Of a stretch of DNA of 64,000 nt, positions 19,900 through 29,076 are shown one piece after another; the stretch's first letter is position 1, and the number at the start of each line of letters is the position of its first letter. This stretch comes from a bacterium (GTDB taxonomy: Bacteria; Planctomycetota; Planctomycetia; Pirellulales; Pirellulaceae). The stretch covers positions 86,458 to 150,457 of the forward strand of contig JAUIGN010000007.1 of assembly GCA_030430075.1 (NCBI GenBank), read 5' to 3'. Both the position numbers and the translations under genes were made by a program. Below the pieces are notes generated by a model. It did not search any database. It saw nothing but the letters and a program-made list of their open reading frames with translations, and was not told the DNA's origin.

Positions 19900-21825
19900 A
19901 TGAATGCACCATCTGAATCATTTCATGGGCTGGCCGTTGCCGCCTTGGAAAGCCGTCGTGCCGATGACATGGCCCGCCTGATCACGAAACATGGCGGCCA
20001 GGCCAACGTCAGCCCGTCCATGCGCGAAGTCCCGCTGGAGTCCAATGTCAAGGCGGTCGACTTTGCGCACCGTCTGATCACCGGCGAGATCGGGATCGTG
20101 ATCTTCATGACCGGCGTCGGCTTCCAGCACCTCTTGGATGTCGTCGAGCGGCACATGGATCGTCAACGCTATCTCGATGCCCTCTCGGACATCGTTACGA
20201 TCGCCCGGGGACCCAAGCCGACGGCCGCCATGAAGGCCGTCGGCCTCACGCCCACGCATCGTGTCCCCGAACCGAATACGTGGCGAGACGTGCTGACCAC
20301 CATTGACGCGGGCGTTCCGGTCGCCAATCAGGTCCTGGGGCTGCAGGAGTACGGCAAGTCAAATTCGAGCCTCGTAGCCGGCCTGGAAGCACGAGGGGCC
20401 CAGGTCGTCAGTGTGCCGGTTTACAAATGGGGACTCCCCGAGTCCCGTACTGCGCTGGAAGAGAATGTTCGGGCGATCGCCGCGGGCGAACGGTCCGTGG
20501 TGTTGTTCACCGCGGCCCAGCAAGTCATCAACCTGCTGGCCGTGGCCAACGAACTGGGTGTCTATGAACAGCTCCGCCAGCAGTTGGGCAACCTGGTCGT
20601 CGCTTCGATCGGACCCACAACGAGCGAGACACTTCGCGAATTGGACATTCCGGTCGATGTCGAACCGGCGCATCCCAAGATGGGGGCGTTGGTGGCCGCC
20701 GCCGCAGCGGAGAGCGAGTCCATTTTGGCGCGCAAGCAGCGCGTCGCCGTGCTGCTTTCCAGCCCGGCCTCCGACCCGCACGACCAGCAGGCACCCTGGT
20801 ATCACAATCCATTCATGAAAGCGTGTCGCAGTGAACCGAGCGACGTGACGCCGGTCTGGCTGATGCGGCAGGCCGGGCGCTACATGGCCGAATATCGCGA
20901 AGTGCGGGCGAAGACGACGTTCTTGGAACTCTGCAAGAACCCCCAACTGTGCAGCGAGATCATGGTGACCGCCGTCAATCGGTTAGGCGTGGACGCGGCC
21001 ATCATTTTCTCCGATCTCCTGCCGATCCTCGAACCGATGGGGCTGGACCTGGAGTTCGCCCAAGGTGAAGGGCCGGTTATTCACAACCCGATTCGTGAGG
21101 CGGCCGACGTTGATCGCGTGTTGGAACTGGAGACCGTGGACGCGTTGGACTTCGTCGTGGAGACCGTCCGCCAGACCCGCCTCGACCTGCCTGACGATAT
21201 CCCGTTGATCGGCTTCGCCGGCGCGCCATTCACGTTGGCCAGCTACACGATCGAGGGAGGGGCGAGCCGAAATTATCTCCACACGAAGACGCTGATGTAC
21301 CGTGACGCCGGCGCATGGCAGGCCCTGATGGAACGCTTCGTCCGGGCGGTGACGCGTTACTTGAATGCGCAGATCGCCGCCGGTGCCCAGTGCGTGCAAC
21401 TGTTTGATTCCTGGGTCGGGTGCCTCGGGCCGGACGACTACCGCCGCTACGTGCTGCCGTACGTTTCGGAAATCGTTGCCGGGATCACCCCCGGTGTCCC
21501 CGTGATCAACTTCGGGACCGGCAATCCGGCCCTGCTGCCGCTGCTGGCCGAAGCGGGCAGCAAAGTCGTCGGCATCGATTGGCGCGTGCGGCTCGATGAA
21601 GCATGGAAGACCGTCGGACATGATCGGACTGTGCAAGGCAACCTCGACCCGCTCGTCCTGCTCGCCGATCGCGAGCTGATTCGCCAACGCGTCCAGGAAG
21701 TGCTCGACCAGGCCGGCGGGCGCCCTGGTCACATCTTCAACCTGGGGCACGGCGTCTTGCAACAGACCCCGGTCGACAACGCCATCGCCCTCGTCGACGC
21801 CGTGCACGAACTGAGCAGCCGCTGA
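19900..21825 (+). CDS. hemDE: Bifunctional uroporphyrinogen-III synthase / uroporphyrinogen decarboxylase (HemD-HemE fusion)
   Basis: The N-terminal ~290 aa are HemD-like (LESRRADDMARLI...VVASIGPTTSETLRELDIP). The C-terminal ~350 aa are HemE (DVTPVWLMRQAGRYMAEYREVRAK...FLELCKNPQL...IFSDLL...FNLGHGV). Confidence 0.8.
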   Translation: MNAPSESFHGLAVAALESRRADDMARLITKHGGQANVSPSMREVPLESNVKAVDFAHRLITGEIGIVIFMTGVGFQHLLDVVERHMDRQRYLDALSDIVTIARGPKPTAAMKAVGLTPTHRVPEPNTWRDVLTTIDAGVPVANQVLGLQEYGKSNSSLVAGLEARGAQVVSVPVYKWGLPESRTALEENVRAIAAGERSVVLFTAAQQVINLLAVANELGVYEQLRQQLGNLVVASIGPTTSETLRELDIPVDVEPAHPKMGALVAAAAAESESILARKQRVAVLLSSPASDPHDQQAPWYHNPFMKACRSEPSDVTPVWLMRQAGRYMAEYREVRAKTTFLELCKNPQLCSEIMVTAVNRLGVDAAIIFSDLLPILEPMGLDLEFAQGEGPVIHNPIREAADVDRVLELETVDALDFVVETVRQTRLDLPDDIPLIGFAGAPFTLASYTIEGGASRNYLHTKTLMYRDAGAWQALMERFVRAVTRYLNAQIAAGAQCVQLFDSWVGCLGPDDYRRYVLPYVSEIVAGITPGVPVINFGTGNPALLPLLAEAGSKVVGIDWRVRLDEAWKTVGHDRTVQGNLDPLVLLADRELIRQRVQEVLDQAGGRPGHIFNLGHGVLQQTPVDNAIALVDAVHELSSR

Positions 21826-21831
21826 TTCGAG

Positions 21832-22115
21832 ATGCGCGGACACAACGTTCGTGGACTCGGGTCAAACCTGTTGTGCGCGGTCAATCCTGTTGTGCGCGGG
21901 TCGAACCTGTTGTGCGCGGATCGAACCTGTTGTGCGCGGGTCTCAATCCTGTTGTTCGCGGGTCGAACCTGTTGTGCGCGGGTCTCCGACCCCGCACCCG
22001 CGCTGACCGAAGGTCTCCCCCGTTCCACCAACCAGCAATCCGGGATCTCGATAGTTCACGGGGAGACCTGGCGGTCGACGGTTTCGGCGGGGTCAGTGAC
22101 CCGCGCCGAGCATCG
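21832..22115. repeat. Intergenic repeat element A. A tandem ~20-nt array (aacctgttgtgcgcgggtc) is followed by two inverted copies of a ~46-nt core (forward 21977..22020, reverse 22064..22110).
   Basis: A direct read shows both parts. The core consensus is GGCGCGGGTCTCYGACCCCGCCGAAACCGCCGACCGAAGGTCTCCC. It lies between the convergent hemDE and DUF3500 genes. Confidence 0.8.
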
Positions 22116-22170
22116 AACGAACCCCGCGGCGACTTGATCATCGGCCGAACGGACCAGGACCCTGGGCCCA

Positions 22171-23172
22171 TCACGATGTCTCACGGATGTGCACCCAGGT
22201 GTGGACGTGGGGTTTGCCGCGGAAATACCAGACCATGTTGGGACCTTCGACTTGCCAGACGTCCCAAACTTCATCCTCGCCGATGTTCTCGTCCTTGTAG
22301 AAGGAAAAATGAAGGTTGTCTAAACCGTTCTTCGTGATGTACTTCATCGACTCGCGGCGATCCGCTTCGCGGAACGGTGCGAGCAGATCCTCCAGAACCT
22401 GCTCGGCCAACTTTTTCTGGTCGGCCGACAATTCGGAGACCGGGATCCCGTCCAGGTCCCCGGGGTTGCCGCGTAATTCGACCGTCTTGTTACCCTGTTC
22501 GCCGCGCGAACGTCCCAGCAGGGCCAGCTTGCGTTGTTTGCCGTCCAGGGCTTGGAACAGTTCGTTTGCCCGCTTGGCCTGATACCAGTAGACATTGCCC
22601 TTGTGATCAGCCGACTCGTAAAAGTCTTCGGCGGCGTGTCCGTAAAAGATAGGCCCGCCGAACGCCGCGCCCTCGACGGAGTCGCCGTCGCACCGCCGGG
22701 TCACGTGGCGGCCCGTCAAGACAAATTCGAATTTGCCGCTGCCCGGTTCGCCGAACAAGGCGATCGAGCTCTTGTCGAAGCCACCGTCATGGTTCACCTG
22801 GCCCACCACCTTGTCGGCCCATTCGGGGCTATGGAGACCCCTGAAGATCTGCAGGATCAAATCCTGTTGGTCGGCATTGAAATCTCGGTCCAGTCGCGTC
22901 TTGGTGATGTGCCAGTTGTTGTTGATCGCCGACCGCAGGGCATGATCGAAGGGGAAACAGACCTGCTTCTTCTGTTTCTCGTTCAGTGACCCATGCAGCT
23001 GTTGTACCAGCGTTTCGGGCTCGGCCGGCGCCGCGTCCTTGGCGACTGCGGGGAGGCTGGTTACCAGACCGCTCGACGCCGCCAGGCCGACAGCCGTGGT
23101 CGACTTAAGGAACGCGCGCCGCGAAGGATGGTCCGCCACAATGTGCTGTTTGTTGTCGTGATGAGTGGACAT
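22171..23172 (-). CDS. Tat-secreted protein, DUF3500-like
   Basis: It has the Tat motif HPSRRAFLKSTTAVGLAASSG and a GGAGG SD 8 nt upstream of ATG 23172. The family call is tentative. Confidence 0.5.
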   Translation of the reverse strand: MSTHHDNKQHIVADHPSRRAFLKSTTAVGLAASSGLVTSLPAVAKDAAPAEPETLVQQLHGSLNEKQKKQVCFPFDHALRSAINNNWHITKTRLDRDFNADQQDLILQIFRGLHSPEWADKVVGQVNHDGGFDKSSIALFGEPGSGKFEFVLTGRHVTRRCDGDSVEGAAFGGPIFYGHAAEDFYESADHKGNVYWYQAKRANELFQALDGKQRKLALLGRSRGEQGNKTVELRGNPGDLDGIPVSELSADQKKLAEQVLEDLLAPFREADRRESMKYITKNGLDNLHFSFYKDENIGEDEVWDVWQVEGPNMVWYFRGKPHVHTWVHIRETS

Positions 23173-23180
23173 GCTGGAAG

Positions 23181-23185
23181 CCTCC
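23181..23185 (-). promoter_or_regulatory. Shine-Dalgarno sequence GGAGG for the 22171..23172 gene
   Basis: The + strand reads cctcc, 8 nt upstream of the start codon on the - strand. Confidence 0.5.
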
Positions 23186-23384
23186 GTGAGGGGTGGGTGC
23201 AATCAAGAACGGCGGTATTGCCGAGCGAGGACGACGGTCGTCGGGAAACTCCAGCGCCGCTCAACAGCCAAAAGGCCTCTGCGGTCGTCGACAAGACCGA
23301 GCGTTGCCGGGGTTCACCCCATGAATTAGAAACGAGCGGCGGCAAGGATGCAAATCCGGAGCGGGCGAGATGCCTGAGGCAGGC

Positions 23385-24737
23385 TTAGAGCTGCTTGAGG
23401 TATTCCAGCACGGCCGCTTTCTCGGCGGGCGTGAGCACTTCGGGGAACAGGTGGCCTTGGGCACTCTTGCCGAACTTTCTGGTGTCGAAATGAGCCCGCC
23501 GCGTCCAGACGTCCAGCCCGCGCGGCACGTCTGTCAGGGTTTCCACCTCCAGCCCGACACGTGCCTGGTCGAAACCGTCCCCACGAGTCCGCTTCCAGAC
23601 GGCAGGCCGTTCCGCAGGATGCAGCACGTGCCACAACGTGGGCACGCTGCCGTTGTGGAAATAAGGAGCTGATGCCCAGATGCCGTCGAGCGGTGGTGCG
23701 ACGTAGCCGGGCGGATCGACGAGGACACGATCTTTGCCATATCGGGAAAACCAGTTCTGCCGATAATCTTCGTGATGCTCGGCGGTCAAGGCATCGTCCC
23801 GTGCTCGATCGGTGCCGATTTCGGCGAGCGGAACATTGCGCTCCGGGTAGCTGGGCCGATCGCCGTACGTCCCATGACAGTCGGCACAGTGGCGGTTGAA
23901 GATGGCCGCACCTTGCCTCGCCAAACGCTCGTCGATGCCAAACGGGTAGGCGGGCGGTTCAAGTGATTCCAGATACGCGTAGATGTCGCGAAAATCATCT
24001 TCCCAGGTGTGGAATTTCTCAGGTCCGTTTTGCTGGTCCAAGGCGAACTGCATCAGCGGTCGATGGCCCTTCGATGCGAATCCTTCCAGGTAGAGTCGTT
24101 CCTTCTTCGAGAAATGCCACCAGGGCGGCGCGTCCATGTCATGGTGAACGAAGGGGCTCGACTGTTTGGACGGCACGACATTCAGGTCCTGGTCCCGATA
24201 GGCGGCCAGCGCGACACCAAAAATGACGGCGTTTGTCGTTCCGTGAGTCCCGCCCAGGGGCATGACCATCGCCCCATAATCGGTCGTCGAGAATGGCTTA
24301 CCCATTCTCAATTTGACGAGCCGCGATTCCTGGATTAGCGTCTGCAGCGCGTAATGGGAATTCGGCAAACCGGGGATGATCTGCCCAGCCACCGTCCCGC
24401 CGTGGCAGGTAAAGCAATTGGGCGTCCAGTTTCCCTGCCCATCGACGACGAACTGCAGCGGCTTGCCGGAATCATCGCCGGGCCGCGTCGTCAAGCCGTA
24501 GCGGGCAAACGCCATCTCACGTCGGCGGGCCGGCGAGGCCGCTTCCGCTTCCGCCCGGAGTTCGCTCGGCCACGTCGTCCAGAGGTTGTCGAACACCTCC
24601 TGGTCAAAGTACGCCGGGACATAGGGCGTCTCCAGCAGGTGCCGATACCCGCGTTCCGCGGCCGTTTCTTCCGCGATTGCCGCACCCGTCATCCACCAGG
24701 CGACGACCGCGAGCCATAGTAAGAAGCCACTTTTCAT
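23385..24737 (-). CDS. Secreted di-haem c-type cytochrome, possibly cytochrome-c peroxidase/MauG-like
   Basis: There are two CxxCH motifs (CFTCHGG, CADCHGTYGD) about 165 aa apart. The start is placed at MKSGFLLWLAVVAWWMTGAAIA, a signal peptide. Confidence 0.65.
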   Translation of the reverse strand: MKSGFLLWLAVVAWWMTGAAIAEETAAERGYRHLLETPYVPAYFDQEVFDNLWTTWPSELRAEAEAASPARRREMAFARYGLTTRPGDDSGKPLQFVVDGQGNWTPNCFTCHGGTVAGQIIPGLPNSHYALQTLIQESRLVKLRMGKPFSTTDYGAMVMPLGGTHGTTNAVIFGVALAAYRDQDLNVVPSKQSSPFVHHDMDAPPWWHFSKKERLYLEGFASKGHRPLMQFALDQQNGPEKFHTWEDDFRDIYAYLESLEPPAYPFGIDERLARQGAAIFNRHCADCHGTYGDRPSYPERNVPLAEIGTDRARDDALTAEHHEDYRQNWFSRYGKDRVLVDPPGYVAPPLDGIWASAPYFHNGSVPTLWHVLHPAERPAVWKRTRGDGFDQARVGLEVETLTDVPRGLDVWTRRAHFDTRKFGKSAQGHLFPEVLTPAEKAAVLEYLKQL

Positions 24738-25099
24738 CGCGCTCACCAGGTTGAACGTGTCGTTCTCCGTGCGAATCAAGTCCGGGCATCCCTTCCCGCC
24801 GGGGCGGCCCCAACGCCGACCTTGCTGTTGGCTTGCCGCAACGGCATCGAGCGATGTCCGCAAATGCTTCCTGGGTCGCGTGGAACGACCCATCTCGCGA
24901 GCCAAGCGGCCGGCAGACACGGCGCCTCATCGCCACCCCGTGTGACGCTAACCGCAGTCTAGGCGTGACCTTCACCAACGACAAGCGGCAGCCCGCAGAG
25001 GAACCGAGCTCGACGAGCCATCGTGCTTCATTGTTAACTTCCGTCGCAAGATGGTGGCTCGTGTACTCCACCGCGAGGCGGTAAGGCTTCTGGAAGCGG

Positions 25100-25330
25100 T
25101 TCATGCCGCGTTCGGTTGAGCGCGCGGCGCGGTAGGGGGGGCGTGCGGTCGATGGGAGTCGTGCGGTTGATGGGAGTCGTGCGGTTGATGGGAGACCTTC
25201 GGTCGGCGGTTTCGGCGGGGTCAGAGACCCGCGCCGAGCACGAACGCGACCCGCGCCGAGCACGAACGCGATCCGCGCCGAGCACGAACGCGATCCGCGC
25301 CGAGCAGTAGTCCGCACTCCGCGCCGAGTA
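25100..25330. repeat. Intergenic repeat element B. It has tandem gtcgtgcggttgatgggagtc x3, a reverse-orientation 46-nt core (25187..25235), and tandem ccgcgccgagcacgaacgcgat x3-4.
   Basis: A direct read shows these parts. The core is the reverse complement of elements C and E. Confidence 0.8.
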
Positions 25331-25371
25331 GCAGGCAAGGCGACTCGCTGATGCTTCCTGATTTCCGTAGG

Positions 25372-25386
25372 TCATGCTATGCATGA
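25372..25386. repeat. Palindromic motif TCATGCTATGCATGA, copy 4
   Basis: A direct read shows it. It is adjacent to repeat element B. Confidence 0.7.
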
Positions 25387-25532
25387 CGTTCCCACGGATC
25401 ACGCCGAACACGACACGATGCGTCCGGGCATTCCGCCCAACCGGTTCACAAGGAATCCCCGGACCGGCCCACGCAACTTCCCGAACCAACCAACCCTCGA
25501 ACGCTCAACCCAACTTCCAACCGGCCCGTTGC

Positions 25533-26585
25533 TCAATTCGGTTCCGGTTGATTGATGAAGTCGATCAACTGTCGCAACCGGCCATGGTTGCGGCGGTTGA
25601 AATGCAGGACCAGCCGTGGTTTGTGTGCCAGGTGCACTTCATCCTGTTCGGCATCGAGGGGCGTGGTTTGTTCGATTTTCCCCTCTGTCAGTATGTCCGA
25701 GAACCGGCCATTGAGTGCTGCCATCCGGTCGGCGGACAGGGGGCGGTGGATTCGCATCACCAGCTTGCGCTTGACGTATCGCATGCTGTGGTAGTTGGAA
25801 TAGAAGTGCGTGATCTCCCGGACGGCCGCTTCATGGGAATCCGTAATCTTGTACAGATGCAGGTCCTCGTCGGAAATCATCCCGCCGTGGAGCAATTGCT
25901 CGAGTACGAAGCGTTGAAAGGTCTGCCAGAAGGTGCCGCCTTTCGCGTCCAGCAGAACGACGGGGATCACGTTCTGTTTGCCTGTCTGCATCAGCGTTAG
26001 CACTTCCAAGGCCTCATCCAGTGTGCCGAATCCACCGGGCAGGCAGGCGACCGCATCGCATTCCTTGACGAACATCAGCTTGCGCGTGAAGAAGTACTTC
26101 ATGTGCACCAGCTTTTCGTCGCCGGCGATGATCGGGTTCGATTCCTGTTCGAACGGCAGCATGATGTTCAGCCCCATTGCGTGTTTGCGGCCCGATCCGC
26201 GGTGCCCGGCTTCCATGATGCCGCTGGCGGCGCCGGTGATGACCAGCCAATCTTCTTCCGCCATCGCTCGACCCAGCTTGACCGCCTGCGCATAGCTGGG
26301 AGCCGTATCGGGCGTTCGGGCCGATCCGAAAATGGTCACTTTCCGCCGTCGCCGATAGGGTGAAAAAACCTTGAAGGCATAACGCAACTCGCGGAGTGTC
26401 CGGCTGAGGATCTTCAAATCGCCGCGGGTTGTGCCGTCGGTGGACAGTTTGTCCACGTAGTTCTTGAGGGTCTGGATCAAGTCGGCCGAGTGGTGCGGTT
26501 TGTTACGCGTCGTACGATCGCCGGGTGTCGTGGCGGCGGATGTGAGGCCGGCGGGAGAAGGAGGGTGATTTGCTGATTCGGTCAT
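25533..26585 (-). CDS. LOG family (TIGR00730, SLOG superfamily) protein with N- and C-terminal extensions. It has a PpnN-like architecture.
   Basis: It contains KVTIFGSARTP...LVITGAASGIMEAGHRG...PGGFGTLDEALE. It also has ~100 aa before and ~80 aa after the LOG core. Confidence 0.75.
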   Translation of the reverse strand: MTESANHPPSPAGLTSAATTPGDRTTRNKPHHSADLIQTLKNYVDKLSTDGTTRGDLKILSRTLRELRYAFKVFSPYRRRRKVTIFGSARTPDTAPSYAQAVKLGRAMAEEDWLVITGAASGIMEAGHRGSGRKHAMGLNIMLPFEQESNPIIAGDEKLVHMKYFFTRKLMFVKECDAVACLPGGFGTLDEALEVLTLMQTGKQNVIPVVLLDAKGGTFWQTFQRFVLEQLLHGGMISDEDLHLYKITDSHEAAVREITHFYSNYHSMRYVKRKLVMRIHRPLSADRMAALNGRFSDILTEGKIEQTTPLDAEQDEVHLAHKPRLVLHFNRRNHGRLRQLIDFINQPEPN

Positions 26586-27014
26586 GGGGCACCTGTAACT
26601 GTCAATTGCGAGCCACTCTCGTGGTCGCCGAAGCGGGCGAACCATGCCGGATGCCGATGATGAGACGGGTGCACCCGATCCTTCGCCCTCGAATTATACG
26701 TTCCGAACGTGCCAGAGCCACATCCAAATAGGGAGCCTGCAACCCTCCGGTCCGCGCCGGCTGGCCGCTTTCGAAACATGCACGCATCCTGCGGGCATTT
26801 CACAAGAGAAGACGCTCACCGGGGTCGGGTATCGAACGTCCCCGAATCCGCACACGCGGCTCTGACCGTTGCAATCCACCTGACCGGAAAGAGCCGGCCA
26901 ATGCGAGCAGCGACCGGCGCGGTCCAAGGGAGTACCTGCCGGCGGTTGGGGAGAGCAGGCGGCGCATCGCGTCTGTCGCGCGGCTTGGCAAGGTCTCAAC
27001 GCAGCTGCACGGGC

Positions 27015-28028
27015 TCAGAGCAGCCGCACGCCGCACCCATTCACGTCCGCATAGTGACACCTGCCCTGGTCGATGGTAACGCCGGTGGCGATATCTCGGT
27101 CGAGCAACAACGGGCCGTCCATATCGACATAGTCGAGTAGCGGAAGCAGCTGAGCGATGGCCGACACGCCGACCGTCGACTCGGTCATGCAGCCGACCAT
27201 CACGCGCATCTCGAGTTCCCGGGCGCGAGCGATCATTCGGCGGGCCGGGGTCAGGCCGCCGCATTTGACGAGCTTGATATTGATGCCGTCGAAGTGCCCG
27301 GCACACCGATCGACGTCGGGCGGCACAATGCAGCTCTCGTCGGCGATAATGGGGAGCGCGGATTCGGCACGCACCTGTTGCATCTCGTCCCAGCGGTCTG
27401 CCGGCAACGGCTGCTCGATAAACTCCACCCCCAGTTCCTTGAGGGCCACCGAATTCCGAATGGTCTCGGCGGCATCCCAGCCGCAATTCGCGTCCACGCG
27501 AAACGTTGCCGCGGAATGTTTGCGCAGTTCGCGAACAATTTCCAGGTCGTGTTGGGTGCCCAACTTGATCTTGTAGATCGGCCAGTCCGGGAACTCGGCC
27601 ATCTTGGCCACCATGACGTCAATGTCGTCGATCCCGATGGTGTAGTTGGTGAGCGGCATGTTGTCCGCCCGGAGTCCCCACAATCGATAGACGGGTTGGC
27701 CTCGCAGCTTCCCCCACAGGTCGTGGGCCGCTTGATCCAGGGCGCAAAGGGCAAACGGGTTGTCTCCCAGCCGCTCGCTCATGACATCCCAGAACCGGGC
27801 AGGGTCGTCGATGGTTGTGGTTTCGATTTCGTCCCGGACGGCTTCCAGCGCGGCGGCCATGTTCTCGTACGTGAAGCCGTAGTAGCTGTTCGTCGTCGCC
27901 TCGCCGAAACCGGATTCGCCCTCCGCCTGCAGCTCGACGACCAACGTTGGCTGGACCGACGTCGCTTCGCGCGAAATTCGAAACACGTGCTTGAGGGGGA
28001 GATCGAAATGGTGGAGGAGCAATCTCAT
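27015..28028 (-). CDS. L-Ala-D/L-Glu (dipeptide) epimerase of the enolase superfamily
   Basis: The N-terminus MRLLLHHFDLPLKHVFRISREATSVQPTLVVEL and the KxK and metal-ligand pattern of MR/MLE-subgroup dipeptide epimerases are present. Its start overlaps the DUF1611 stop as ATGA. Confidence 0.75.
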   Translation of the reverse strand: MRLLLHHFDLPLKHVFRISREATSVQPTLVVELQAEGESGFGEATTNSYYGFTYENMAAALEAVRDEIETTTIDDPARFWDVMSERLGDNPFALCALDQAAHDLWGKLRGQPVYRLWGLRADNMPLTNYTIGIDDIDVMVAKMAEFPDWPIYKIKLGTQHDLEIVRELRKHSAATFRVDANCGWDAAETIRNSVALKELGVEFIEQPLPADRWDEMQQVRAESALPIIADESCIVPPDVDRCAGHFDGINIKLVKCGGLTPARRMIARARELEMRVMVGCMTESTVGVSAIAQLLPLLDYVDMDGPLLLDRDIATGVTIDQGRCHYADVNGCGVRLL

Positions 28029-29068
28029 GAGCACCACACCTTGCTCTCGCGAAAGTTGATCACGGCGTCCAGCAGATCCTGGGGACCATCGCGCACCACG
28101 TCGCAGACCGGCAATTCGAATTCGTCCTGCAGCCGTTTCCGCTCGGCCGCCGCTTCTGCGGCGGAGACACGACGGCTGTTGACGGCGATGCCGATCGTGC
28201 GGCACGGCTGATAGATGCTGGCCATCACTTCGTTCAGTTCACGGACTCTTGCCAGCGGCGGAATCTGGAGATGCTCCAGGCCAGTGATTGTTTCTCGTCC
28301 GAGCTCGCAGACGAGGATCAACGCCTGCGGGTAGGCGCCGTGGATCAGACCGAGTGTCACGGCGGAGTACGAGGGATGCACGAGGCTGCCCTGGCCCTCG
28401 ATCATCAGGATATCATGGTGTTGATGGGCGAGGATCATCTTTTCGACCGCCCCGCTGACGAAGTCGGCAATCACCCGATCGATCGGGCAGCCGTCCCCGG
28501 AAACCATGATCCCCGTCTGGCCGGTGGCGATAAAGTGGGCATCGTGTCCGGCGGCCTGCAGGCCCTTGGTGAGCTCGATCGATGTCAGCATCTTGCCGAC
28601 ACTGCAATCATGGCCCACGGTGAGGACACGCAGGCAATCGTCGCGAAGGCCCACTCGGCGCGCGATATCGCGTTCCTCGTTCTTGCGGACATCGGTGAGC
28701 GTCACTCCGTGCGCCTGGGCGGCCGTCCTGAACTCGTCGTCATCGGTGAGGAAGTCGTGCAGTCCGGCAGTCACGTCCATCCCGCTGGAGATTGCTTCCA
28801 GAATGACTTTCCGCCAATTGGGAGGGATGCTTCCGCCGGGAGGTGCGATCCCCAGCAGCAGGTGATCTGCGGTCGGAGCCTCGGACAGCGTGGCGACAAT
28901 TGGAATCTGACCACCCACCCCCAGCAGGTCCTGGCTGGTTTGACCCGCAACGGTGCTGTCCAGGAGGGCGACAACGTCGTCATCACCATAGCGAATCACG
29001 CTGCTGGCTGTCTTGGCCGTATGCGGGTTCGTAAAGCCTTCGGTCAAAATGATCGTTTTACGTTTCAT
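28025..29068 (-). CDS. DUF1611 domain protein
   Basis: It has the length and a Rossmann-like pattern, and it is immediately adjacent to the dipeptide epimerase, a very common pairing. The start is placed at MKRKTIILTEG. Confidence 0.6.
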   Translation of the reverse strand: MKRKTIILTEGFTNPHTAKTASSVIRYGDDDVVALLDSTVAGQTSQDLLGVGGQIPIVATLSEAPTADHLLLGIAPPGGSIPPNWRKVILEAISSGMDVTAGLHDFLTDDDEFRTAAQAHGVTLTDVRKNEERDIARRVGLRDDCLRVLTVGHDCSVGKMLTSIELTKGLQAAGHDAHFIATGQTGIMVSGDGCPIDRVIADFVSGAVEKMILAHQHHDILMIEGQGSLVHPSYSAVTLGLIHGAYPQALILVCELGRETITGLEHLQIPPLARVRELNEVMASIYQPCRTIGIAVNSRRVSAAEAAAERKRLQDEFELPVCDVVRDGPQDLLDAVINFRESKVWCS

Positions 29069-29076
29069 GATCGCTG

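Noticed and set aside
20983-21843. - strand ORF of 286 aa
   Set aside because: It is antisense to the HemE domain.
24604-25338. - strand ORF of 244 aa with PSTARL x3 repeats
   Set aside because: It is a translation of intergenic repeat element B.
26586-27014. Possible ncRNA in the 430-nt gap between the LOG and epimerase genes
   Set aside because: No convincing structure or conserved motif was recognised. It is more likely a 3' UTR and promoter region.
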